The notes under the pieces were generated by a model that made no database searches, had not been told where the DNA came from, and saw only the letters and a program-made list of their open reading frames with translations. Shown piece after piece: positions 48,970 to 59,800 of a stretch of 64,000 nt of DNA (position 1 is its first letter; each line of letters starts with the position of its first letter). Source of the DNA: Schizochytrium sp. TIO01 (Eukaryota > Protista > Bigyra: Labyrinthulomycetes); assembly GCA_004764695.1 (NCBI GenBank), contig SMSO01000014.1:5466845-5530844 (forward strand), read 5' to 3'. The position numbers and the translations under genes were made by a program.

Positions 48970-51900
48970 TTAAATTTGGTCATAAGGAATGGATTCATTG
49001 GAGTTGAATGCTTTACAGAGAGCATTAATGAACCCTACTTGGTCTTGTGTTAGTGGCTTGTTGCGCATGGTTTGATGAATCACCCTGTCGAGAGCCACAC
49101 GGCTATCCATAATAAGACCTGGGAGCTCAGAGTCGTCGCACCCAAAGTAAACCCAATCCTGTAGCTTCAAAATGGATTTCTCCTCATCTACATCTGCAGA
49201 AAAAATTTCCACTACGCCATTGACTTTACGTGTAACGAAACCATTGCTTTTGAGAAAGGGATGTACTTTGCCAATTGCTAAACGAAGATCAGGCCGCGTC
49301 GATTTCAAAGTACGACTCATCCATGCTAGGCCTACTGAGCCACCATTAGCTTCAATAGCTTCATGGATGATCTCACGAGCCTTGAGCTGCAAAGGCGAAG
49401 AAGCAGTCTGAGAAGCATCGGAAATCTCCTTCATTGAACCCACAGAGATACCACTGTTTTGCAAAGATGCCTCGCCAAACATCAGGATCGACATCGGTGT
49501 AACCTCTGAGGTGTCAAACAAAAAGTAACCACCAGCAGTACGAACTTTGTCGTGATATGCCACCCACCGGTGTTCCCACTCAGCACTTTGTGTGCGGCCA
49601 TTCACAGACCCAGGATGCGCCTTCACGGGGGGCAGTCCTTTGATATAAAATGTAAATCTTCGTTTCCCCATATCTATGCGTGCCACATGCGGATAGAGTC
49701 CTGCCAACAGGCACGCCTTCACTACAGGCCAATCTTTAGAATTGCGATTCATTGACTGGTCTCCTGAGTCCGCATCCCGATGCGCAGACACCAAATTTGC
49801 GTCACGTAACAATGACATGTATTGATCACGGATATCCCGAGCCATTTGAAGTTGGTTGTGGTTGAGGAAGTTTTCAAAAGCAAACGCCTTACCCTTGCGT
49901 TGTTCTTCAGCTTCCTCCCACCCATTGTACGCATTCAGCATTGCCATGTGATCACTTGGACAACCATCTGCAAACTCAGCCTTTGCTCGATCAGCATCTT
50001 CTTTGGCGTTTAGAGGTTGGACGAAAATTGTTCGCTGCGACAAAATCGATGTCAAAGTTAACACCGGATCTAGGCATCCAAAAATGCACGCCATTACTAA
50101 TGCTTTGCCAATTTGTGGACCTACAGGCAGTGTTGCAAGGCGTCGCCCAAGCGCTGTCAAGTCTTCATTTTCCGGATTCAATGCGCCAATTCGTTCTAAT
50201 AGATCAATCGCATTCTCCAACGACAATGCCAGTGGCGGAGTCAAAGCCTTACCCAAAAACCCGCTAATGCCTCCGACTCCAGGGTCCGCCACGTTCAAAG
50301 CACGAACTTGCAAACATAGCTGCTCTAGAGGTGTCCGGAGCATCTCTGGCAGCGCATGCTCATCGAATGATTCTTCATATTGATGCAGAGGGACCAGATG
50401 CCAACATTTCCCAGCCCGCACACGACCTGCACGGCCACGCCGTTGTTGCGCAGACGCTCGACTTACCCACGTTGGCAACAAACAGCTAATGTTAGCCTCA
50501 GCATCATAGGTTTTTTCCTTGTGCTTGCATGAATCGATAACAAAGCTTACGTCGTCGATAGTGATTGATGACTCGGCAATGTTTGTCGCTAAAATCACCT
50601 TGCGCTTCCCTGGTGGGGGTTTCTGGAATATTGCGCGTTGCTGAGATGTACCCATGGCGCCATGCAGAGGGAAGAGCGCCCAGCGACGGTGTGATCTGTT
50701 CAACAAATCTAACTGATCATGAAGCTTGCGGATATCCTCCCAGCCCGGCAGAAAAACGAGTACTGCATGTCCGTTGCTCTCGTCATCATCAATGGGATAT
50801 TTATCATCAATGTACGACAGCAGAGAAGAAATAAGCTGCATAGGAATCTCGTCATCTTGAAAGGAGTCCATTACAGCACGAATGGTGCCTGCAGAGTATT
50901 TACCACCTTTTTCCAAGGAAGACTCCAGGAGCTTGCGATCCTCCTGTTCGGACCTCAATTGTTGGCCATTCTCTGCTCCTCCAGAAGAAGACCCCTTGCG
51001 TCGGCGTTTGTTTCGAAAGGAATCTCCTCCACGTCGGTCACGAAACCCTTTCCTGCCATGGTGGCCCTCCGCAGAAAGGTCAGTGCACCCTGTCATCTCG
51101 ATGGCATCCTCTAAGAAAAATGCTTCAACCGGAAAAGTGCGACCTGGAATTTCGATTACAGGAACATTAACACTAGCCATAGTGGCGCCTGCTGAAGTTG
51201 GCCGAAGCGCAAAATACCTGGCGAACATGCCTGCGTCTAATGTAGCACTCATCATAATCACTCGCAAATCTGTTCGCTTTTCGAGAAGCTCACGAAGAAT
51301 AACCATGAGAAAATCAGAGTCAATAGAACGCTCGTGTACCTCGTCGAGGATCACATGCGTAATATCCTTTAGCGTTGGATCAACCTGGAGACGGCGCAAA
51401 AGAATGCCGTTCGTACAGAAAAGAGTACGTGTCCGATCGCATGCCTGTCGTTCAAGGCGAATTTGATATCCCACCGTGCCAGAACCAAGTTTTTCCCCAC
51501 GCTCAGCTGCAACGCGTTCAGCAACACCAATTGCACTAATTCGTCGTGGCTGTGTACAAATAATATTACAGTGTTCCCCACGACTCCAAAAGTCATCCAA
51601 AATGTATTGTGGAACCTGTGTTGTCTTACCACAGCCGGTAGCGCCACTAATAACTACTACCTGGTTGTCCCGAACAGTATCAACGATGCTTTGCCGCAAA
51701 GTATACGCAGGCAGGGCCTCCCGAAATGCAGCGAGACGCTCTGATGGTGTGGCTGCTTCATTGATGAGATCTTCTACGGAAATATCTGCAGTGAAATCAT
51801 CCTCACCAGAGAATCGGTTCGTAGGCATCTGTGAGAATGCATCACCACCAGCTCCTGTGTCCCTTAGAACCAAAGCACCGCTTTCCTTGAGCTTGCGAAT

Positions 51901-52671
51901 ACTAGTTTGTAAAGCCTTCTGTGCAGACCTCGACAGTGCAACACTTTCAGGCTCCGGATCCATCATGCGGTCACCTCCCTGCTTGCGGTCATGCCCGACG
52001 TCATCATGTCGTTGATCTAACCTACCACCACGTGACCTTGGCACAACATGAAACTCTTGAGGGACTGTAGACTCGCCTTGGGCTCCTTGTGACGTCAAAG
52101 GAATAGGGTCCACACTAATACCTAGGTTGGCCAAGTCATTAAGCGCATTCATACGGTTGCGCTCATGCTTTTCACGATGCCACTCATCCTTGCTTACCTC
52201 TTGACCTCGCGAGTTCCGGTACACGCCATCACCGTTCTTCATTGGGTGTCCATTTGGAAGGTGACGACGCCAATCATAGCCTCCTCCACGACCGCCACCT
52301 CGCCCTCCTCCACGACCGCCACCTCGACCTCCTCCACGACTGCCACCTCGACCTCCTCCACGACTGCCACCTCGACCTCCTCCACGACCTCTTCCTCGAC
52401 CTGAGGAAGAATGCTGATTTCTTTGTTGCTGATACTGAGAACCGCCTCGGGGACCTTGTCTACTATCACCATCATACGACGATGAGGAGGAACCCGATGC
52501 TACAAAGCCCTGCCCATCACCAACAGCTCCGGCAAAATGTCCACGACCTCGCCTTGGCATTGCGATAGAAGTCCACAACCTAGATTGAATTCCGGACGCA
52601 CCAGCAAGTAGGTTTCTCTTACAAGGCGTGTATATGACAGTGCTTGCCCACGTCGACCAGATCGTTGCCAT
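48970..52671 (-). CDS. DEAH/RHA-family RNA helicase (DHX36/DHX57/DHX30 group) with N-terminal RGG repeats
   Basis: GATGCGKTTQVPQ, TQPRRISA, DEVHER, SAT, LVFLPGW, ATNIAESSITIDDV and QRRGRAGR motifs, followed by HA2 and OB-fold-like C-terminal regions. In-frame ATGs at 52671 and 52560. Confidence 0.93.
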   Translation of the reverse strand: MATIWSTWASTVIYTPCKRNLLAGASGIQSRLWTSIAMPRRGRGHFAGAVGDGQGFVASGSSSSSYDGDSRQGPRGGSQYQQQRNQHSSSGRGRGRGGGRGGSRGGGRGGSRGGGRGGGRGGGRGGGRGGGYDWRRHLPNGHPMKNGDGVYRNSRGQEVSKDEWHREKHERNRMNALNDLANLGISVDPIPLTSQGAQGESTVPQEFHVVPRSRGGRLDQRHDDVGHDRKQGGDRMMDPEPESVALSRSAQKALQTSIRKLKESGALVLRDTGAGGDAFSQMPTNRFSGEDDFTADISVEDLINEAATPSERLAAFREALPAYTLRQSIVDTVRDNQVVVISGATGCGKTTQVPQYILDDFWSRGEHCNIICTQPRRISAIGVAERVAAERGEKLGSGTVGYQIRLERQACDRTRTLFCTNGILLRRLQVDPTLKDITHVILDEVHERSIDSDFLMVILRELLEKRTDLRVIMMSATLDAGMFARYFALRPTSAGATMASVNVPVIEIPGRTFPVEAFFLEDAIEMTGCTDLSAEGHHGRKGFRDRRGGDSFRNKRRRKGSSSGGAENGQQLRSEQEDRKLLESSLEKGGKYSAGTIRAVMDSFQDDEIPMQLISSLLSYIDDKYPIDDDESNGHAVLVFLPGWEDIRKLHDQLDLLNRSHRRWALFPLHGAMGTSQQRAIFQKPPPGKRKVILATNIAESSITIDDVSFVIDSCKHKEKTYDAEANISCLLPTWVSRASAQQRRGRAGRVRAGKCWHLVPLHQYEESFDEHALPEMLRTPLEQLCLQVRALNVADPGVGGISGFLGKALTPPLALSLENAIDLLERIGALNPENEDLTALGRRLATLPVGPQIGKALVMACIFGCLDPVLTLTSILSQRTIFVQPLNAKEDADRAKAEFADGCPSDHMAMLNAYNGWEEAEEQRKGKAFAFENFLNHNQLQMARDIRDQYMSLLRDANLVSAHRDADSGDQSMNRNSKDWPVVKACLLAGLYPHVARIDMGKRRFTFYIKGLPPVKAHPGSVNGRTQSAEWEHRWVAYHDKVRTAGGYFLFDTSEVTPMSILMFGEASLQNSGISVGSMKEISDASQTASSPLQLKAREIIHEAIEANGGSVGLAWMSRTLKSTRPDLRLAIGKVHPFLKSNGFVTRKVNGVVEIFSADVDEEKSILKLQDWVYFGCDDSELPGLIMDSRVALDRVIHQTMRNKPLTQDQVGFINALCKAFNSNESIPYDQI
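52281..52401 (-). repeat. Coding 24-bp tandem repeat encoding RGGG/RGGS (RGG box)
   Basis: About 5 copies of a CCTCCTCCACGACYGCCACCTCGA-like unit on the + strand. Confidence 0.9.
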
Positions 52672-53835
52672 AGAATGCAAAGCAGACCCTCAACGCGATC
52701 AAGAATGTGCAAAGACTAGCGCCTGAGAGAGCCCGCAAACCAATATCCACCGCAAGTTACCGTACAGATCTCAAAGACTGGCTCACCCATCCGCCAAAAC
52801 TTGTACTTGCAGTATCCAAAATAAGGTCTCAACTTCCTGTGCTCACGTGACCAATGTGTGACTTCCCAAGGCCTTGAGCGCCACTTGCAGGTGGCTTCCG
52901 AGCCTCCGAAAGCGCTTTTGCTATTCTAACCTTGAGTTTATCCAATCAGTTCTTCCGTGGAACCATCCCAGATCGTTTGCAGAACCTTCCATTTCAGAAC
53001 ATCTGAAACATCATTTTAACTTGAAAGGGTGTGTACTCTAGAAACCACCTTAAAATAGGGAAGAGGTATTAGGGTCTCAATGAGAAGCTTAACGGTCTTC
53101 CAGAGCAAATTCAGGCGGTTTAACATGAAGATAGATATGATCTGTCCCGCCTTAACGTGTCGTCTCAACGCTCCTCAGACGGCTTGATCAGAACGGCTGC
53201 ATTGGCGGCATTCGCAAAAGAGGCGGAGTTTTGCGCCGCGAGACGCCAGAATTGGCGTCACGCGAGGCATTGTTCTGTTGTGACCTGGATCATTTGCCTT
53301 GAAACGTCTCCCCCCACGACAGGCTTTTCACGTTGCTTTACCTGCTCTGCGTGGTGGCAACCACTTTGCTCGTTTGCATACTTACATTCATTCTGCTCGA
53401 AAGCAGGTGCTACTCTTGTTATTGTTGGGACATCAAATCACAATAGCGCGGTAATAGAAAATATTGAGACAGCAAAGCGCCTTCTCCGATCGCGAATTAG
53501 CGAGGCCGGAGCAGGGTTTGCCAGCTAGCTGCCGGAGAAGCTGGCAAGCAAGCAAGTTGTTACAGCGAAGTCCGAATCCACGCAAAGCGTGCCAACTCGT
53601 TGTTTAGACAGGGAATAGTAGTCGAAGAGACAAGTGCGCAGTGGTTTATTTCTCCCCCACGCGCAGGTACGTCTAAAGGAGAAATTATACCTTGCCGTCG
53701 TAAAGCGCCTTACTTCAAGAATACAACGTCATTCATTTACCGGCCTTGCTGCGTGCTAGAAAGCAAGCGCCATTCGTCACTTGAAGAGCTAAGATCATTT
53801 ACCTTTTCTGGTGAGCACCCATATCAAACGAGATC

Positions 53836-56800
53836 ATGACATCACGAATTGTCACCCCGCGCATGCGGTGGTGTATTGGACGGATCCAGGAGACTTTCAA
53901 CATCGAGGGAGCTGAGGTGGATGAAGCAATCAAGGCGGAGGGCAGCTTTGAGCTTTTGGATAGCGTTCTCTCAGAAAATGGCCCGAATAGCTGTTTTGTT
54001 TTCTATCAACCTGTGTATGAGCAGACAGGAAATGGAGACTGGATTCTCCGCAATCCGGAGCCTCAACTTGTTTTTACACGCGGATGGGAACCTGACCGTC
54101 TCCGCGCACGTGGAAAAAAGGCTTGCTACTTTCTCCGACTTGGACCACTTGATAAAGAACAAGCGTCGTGTCCGAACCTCGTGCACGGAGAACTTGGTGA
54201 TGACCCCCTTAAGAGCCTTGAACTCTCCCTTTCACGATTGTATCAGCCTCTCTGCGAAAACCGTGCAAACTGGGGTAAAGCTGACGAAGAACAAACCAGA
54301 GAGTTTTTAGACGCATGTTCCAAAGTATCATCAGAGTTGAAGGAATCCATCAAAAGCCTTTATGGCGGTCTCGAGCTTCGCAAACCTGACAAGCGCTTTG
54401 AGCTTGACGGCGCAGGTCGTAACCTTTCACAGCGGTCAAAAGATGATCAAGAACTCGTAGACCACTTCGAAACCCTCCTTGAAGAATGGTGTAACCAAAT
54501 CGAAGCCTACCTGGAGAGTACCAGTGCTGACTCTTATGAGAGCTCAGCTCCAGATGCTGGTCCTATGACCGAACTGGAGTCATGGAAGCGCAGAATGCAG
54601 CGCCTCACGAGCATTACTGAGCAACTGAAAACCAAGGACTGCAAAACTGTTATCGCTGTACTTTCTAGTCTCACCAAAAACCCTCAGGACAGCAACCGAC
54701 AAAAAGTGTTCTCCCTTCTCCGTCGCTGGAAACAAATCGATATCAACATTACTGAAGCCGCAAACGAGGCCAAGGACAATGTGAAATACCTCTTTACGCT
54801 CGAAAAGTTCATTGAGCCCTTGTATTCGGGCACGCCGGAGACTGTGGTGGACACACTACCAGCATTGATGAACTCAATCAAGATGATTCATACAATTGCA
54901 CGATACTACAATACTATGGAACGCATGACCAATCTTTTTAGCAAGATCACGAACCAAATGATCACTTGCTGTAAAAAATACATCCTCTTGGAAAACGTAG
55001 ATCTTTGGTCACAAAATCCCGAGGTATTAGTACAGCGTCTTGAGGCATGTTTGAAGCTCAATGATTCCTACCAAGAAAACTATCGTCTTACCAAAGACAA
55101 ATTGCTTACAATGCCCAAGGGAAAGCAATTTGACTTTAGTGAACAACAAATCTTTGGCAAGTTTGACCTCTTCTGTCGCCGCGTTATTAAGCTTATCGAC
55201 ATGTTCAGTACAATTCATCAATTCCGAGCACTCGCAAACCACAAGCTCGAAGGCATGGAGGCACTCACCGATCAGTTCCAACACATTATCTCAGAGTTCC
55301 GCAAGAAAAACCACGACTTGCTTGATTATCACAATAACAAATTCGATCGTGACTATGTCGAATTCAATGTGGCTATTTCAGATCTTGAGTCGTCTCTTCA
55401 GCAGTTCATTAATGACAGTTTCGAACGCATCACATCCATCGAGAACTCTCTCAACCTCTTAAAGAAGTTCCAGGCTATTTTGCAACGCGAGAACCTCAAA
55501 TCAGACCTTGACTCCAAGTTCAATATTATTTTCCAGAATTATGGTCTTGAACTCGAGGTTGTACAACAGCTCTACGAGCGCCACAAGCACGCACCACCAA
55601 TCCCGCGCAATTTGCCCCCTGTAAGCGGTAACATTATGTGGTCACGCCATTTGTTAAAGCGCATCGAAGAACCGATGAAGAAATTTGAGTCGAACCAGAA
55701 TGTACTTTCTACCAAGGATGCCAAACGTATCATTAAGACTTATAACAAGGTAGCTCGCACCCTGGTTGCCTTTGAATACCTTTGGTTTCAGGCTTGGCAA
55801 CAAAGCATTGAAACTGCAAAGGCAGGCTTGCAGGCTACACTTATCATTCGCCATCCTGAGGATGACCGGTTGTACGTAAACTTCGATCAGGAAATTCTCC
55901 AGCTTATTCGTGAGGCAAAGTGCCTTGATCGAATGGGCATTGATATTCCTGAATCTGCCAAAATTGTTCTTCTACAAGAGAGTAAGTTTAAATCTTACTA
56001 CAATGATTTACAATATGCTCTCAAAGAGTATGAGCGGGTTACGCGTCGTGTCATCCCTGTCGCAGCCGATCTTCTTAAGCCTCACATGCGTGACATGGAG
56101 TACAAACTTCGACCGGGTATGATTACGTTAACCTGGACGTCAATGAACATTGACGCCTACAAGCATCATATTCACACTGGTCTTGCTAAACTCGAGGAGT
56201 TGGTTACAAACATCAACGATATCATTGAAAATCGTATTGAGAAAAATCTCAAGGTAGTCTCCAAAACTATTCTTGTTGATATTCCCTCAGATCGAAGTAC
56301 TCAGCTGAGTGACTTTGTAGCAATGCAAGAAAAGAGAATTCGCGCTCAGTCCAAATTTCTTCATGGCAAAAATGTTGAGATTGAGCATGCTGTCAATGAT
56401 CTCATGGAGCTTGTGCAGAGCTACACTCTGGACCCTCATATTGAGCCGGTCTCCCAGGAAGAGATTGCAAATGTAAAGCGCAACTACAGGTATAAGATGT
56501 ACTGTGCGTTGCTCAAGTGCACGAAGAATTCATTGAACCTGATCAAAGAGCGCGTCGGGAATCGTGGTAGTGCAAATGGAGGTGGTTTTCTCTTTGTAGA
56601 ACGTCCATTCTTTGAGCTCTTTGTCAATCTCCAGACCCCCAAGGTACAGATTACTCCAGACTTGGAGGATGTCCAAAATGCAATCAACAAGTCTGCACTT
56701 GCTGTCCTAAAGTGCTCAAAATCACTTTATGACTGGGGTCAGGATCAAATTCCTGAAGAATCACGCAAGACCTTTTTTGATGAAATCACTTGTGACTTAC

Positions 56801-59800
56801 AGATCGCTGTGGTCTGCTTGCTCCTGACGGGATCCGTGCAGGGGCTTAAGCAGAATGTTACAAAGTACCTTGAGCGATTTTACGAGTACCAGTGGCTCTG
56901 GAGTGACGACAAGGACCGTGCATACTCCAAATTCATGGCAACCAAACCTACATTGCCAGAATATGAAGCGAAGCTCATGGAGTTTCAGGAAGTCGATCGT
57001 CAGATTAATGAAATCACTTCAATGCATGTTATTGGGGCCATGTCCATCAATACATCCACGCTCAAGAACAACTTGCGGTATGAGGTGCAAACCTGGAAGC
57101 TCACCTTTTCTCGCTTTCTTCATGAGCAGGCGCGCAGTGACATGGACGACCTGTATAATTACATGAAGCAAACTGAACAACGCTTAAAGCGTAGCGAAAA
57201 CATTAAAAAGCTTGTGCAAAAAGAGTCATCCAGCTCGAATTCGGATGTTTTGCAGGAGCTATCTAGTATCATGGATGTCTTGAGGGAGATTCGCGAACGT
57301 GAGTCTGGCATTGAACAGGAAATTGCCCCCGTACTCGACATGTACAGCATGCTTGAACGCTTTGTTGGCTCACAGGGTCTTGGTGACCAAGAGAATGATA
57401 ACAAAGAGGTTCTTCGCTATCGCTGGGAGTGTTTGGTTGATTACGCCGAGCGAGTTACTGATGAGTTGAGTGAGTTGCAAGAAAGCTTCAAACGTAAACT
57501 TTTGCGCGACATTAAGGAGTTCGTCAATGATGTCATTGTCTTTCGCAATGACTTTGTTGCTAACGGTCCTATGGTCCCAGGGATTTCTCCCAAGGTTGCT
57601 GTTGACCGTTTGCGTCGTTTTCACGAAGAATACGAAATTCGAGAACGCAAATTCAACCTCTACCGTAATGGTGAAGACCTTTTTGCACTCCAGCCCACGA
57701 GCTACCCAGAACTTGTTAAGACTAAGAAGGAACTTCTTCTTCTGGATCAGCTTTACAAGCTTTACACCGATGTCATTGACACAATTGAAGACTGGAAGCA
57801 AATTGAATGGGAGAAAGCTCGTGACGAGATTGATGACATGGCAAGTCAAATGGAGGTCTTTGCAGGCCGCTGTAAAAAGATGCCGGGAAAGCTCCGGGAT
57901 TGGGACGCCTATAAGGATTTGAAAAAGCAAATTGACGAATTCACTGTCGTTCTTCCTCTCCTTCAGGCCCTCGCCAAGCCAAGTATTATGCAAAGACACT
58001 GGACCGAGGTATCTCGCAAGTGTGGTACGGAATTTGTGGTGGGTCCCGAGTTTCGCCTCTGTACTCTGCTCGATGCACATCTCATTCCTGTTGCGGAGGA
58101 CATCGAAGAGATATGTGACAGTGCTGACAAGCAACTACAAATCCAAAACAAGATTGCTGAAATTGCTGAAGCTTGGCAACTTCGGGAGTTTGAGTTCATT
58201 GTTTGGAAGTCTCGCGGTATTTACGTCTTTAAGAATGTAATGCCCATCGTTGAGGATCTTGAGGAGGCACAGATGCAGCTGCAAACCATGCTGACTATGC
58301 GCCATGTAGTTCCTTTTCGAGATGAGGCGCAGGCGATGCTCATTACAACATCTGATACCGCTGAAACTCTTGAGCGCTGGATTAAGGTGCAGACCCTTTG
58401 GTGCTCGCTGGAAAGTGTATTCTCTGGTGGTGACATCGCGAAGCAGCTGCCGATGGAAGCTAAAAAGTTTCAAAAGATTGATAAGGACTTTGATAAAGTT
58501 ATGCGCAAGGCTTTCGACACCAAGAATGTGATTCAGGCATGCCAGAATGATATTCTAAAGCAAAACCTGATCGTTTTTTACAACGAGCTTGAAAAATGCC
58601 AAAAGAGTCTTGAAGGCTACCTTGAACAGAAGCGAAACAAGTTCCCTCGCTTCTACTTTGTTTCAAACCCTGTGCTTCTTCAGGTGCTCTCACAAGGCTC
58701 TGACCCACTTGCAATCCAACCTTTTTACGAGAAAATTTTTGATTCTATTGACGAGGTGGTTCACGAGAAGGACAATCCACAGAACATCGAGGCATTTTTT
58801 TCGCGCCTTGGAACCGATGAAGAACGTATTAGCCTTACAAATCATGTTCAATGCAAGGGTAATATTGAAGATTGGTTGATGGATCTCTTGAATGAGCACC
58901 GTAACACAATGAAGGAAATCACACGTGAGTGTGCTGCTCGTGCTAGCTCTATCACGGACCCGAGCCAGCTGCGACCGATTGTTGATGCCCTGCCAGGACA
59001 ATTCGCTCTTCTCGCGCTTCAACTTAACTGGTCCGCAGAGTGTCTTGAGGCACTGCAGGCTTGCAAGCAAAAAAAGACCGCCCTTAAAGATGCAAGCGCC
59101 AAAGCAGGTCAGATCCTTAGTGAGCTTTCTTCCTGGTGTCTCACTGACCTTGGAACGAAAATGACACGTGTGAAGATTGAGAGTCTTGTGACTATTCAGG
59201 TACATCAGCGTGACGTCATTAATGACATCGCAGCGCTTTACAAGGTTAAGAAGATTTCGGATCCTCATGACTTTGAATGGCAGAAGCAATGTAGATTTGA
59301 ATGGCGTCCGGATGGCAAGGATGCCGTTTCAGATCGCGGCTCGCTCTCGATTGGTATCACTGATGTTGAGTTTAACTACTCGTACGAATACCTTGGTTGC
59401 CGTGATCGACTTGTCATTACCCCTCTCACAGACCGTTGCTACATTACACTTGCCCAAGCCCTTGGCATGGGATTTGGTGGCGCACCTGCTGGCCCTGCAG
59501 GAACAGGAAAAACAGAAACAGTCAAAGACATGGGTCGCGCTCTTGGTATTTACGTGATGGTGAGCAACTGCAGCGACCAATTTTCGTATCTCGATTGCGC
59601 TAAGATCTTCAAGGGTCTTTGCCAAGGTGGCCTATGGGGATGTTTCGATGAGTTCAACCGTATTACACTTCCCGTGCTTTCTGTAGTGGCACAGCAGGTG
59701 CTTGCTATTCAAAACGCAAAGAAAGCACATTCCACCTCTTTTATGTTCCCTGGTGATCCAGTACCTTGCCATTTGAACCCTGTTTGTGGCTTCTTCATCA

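Noticed and set aside
53575-53612. X-box-like sequence (GTTGTTTAGACAG) upstream of the dynein gene
   Set aside because: Only a partial match, and RFX factors are not expected in this inferred lineage.
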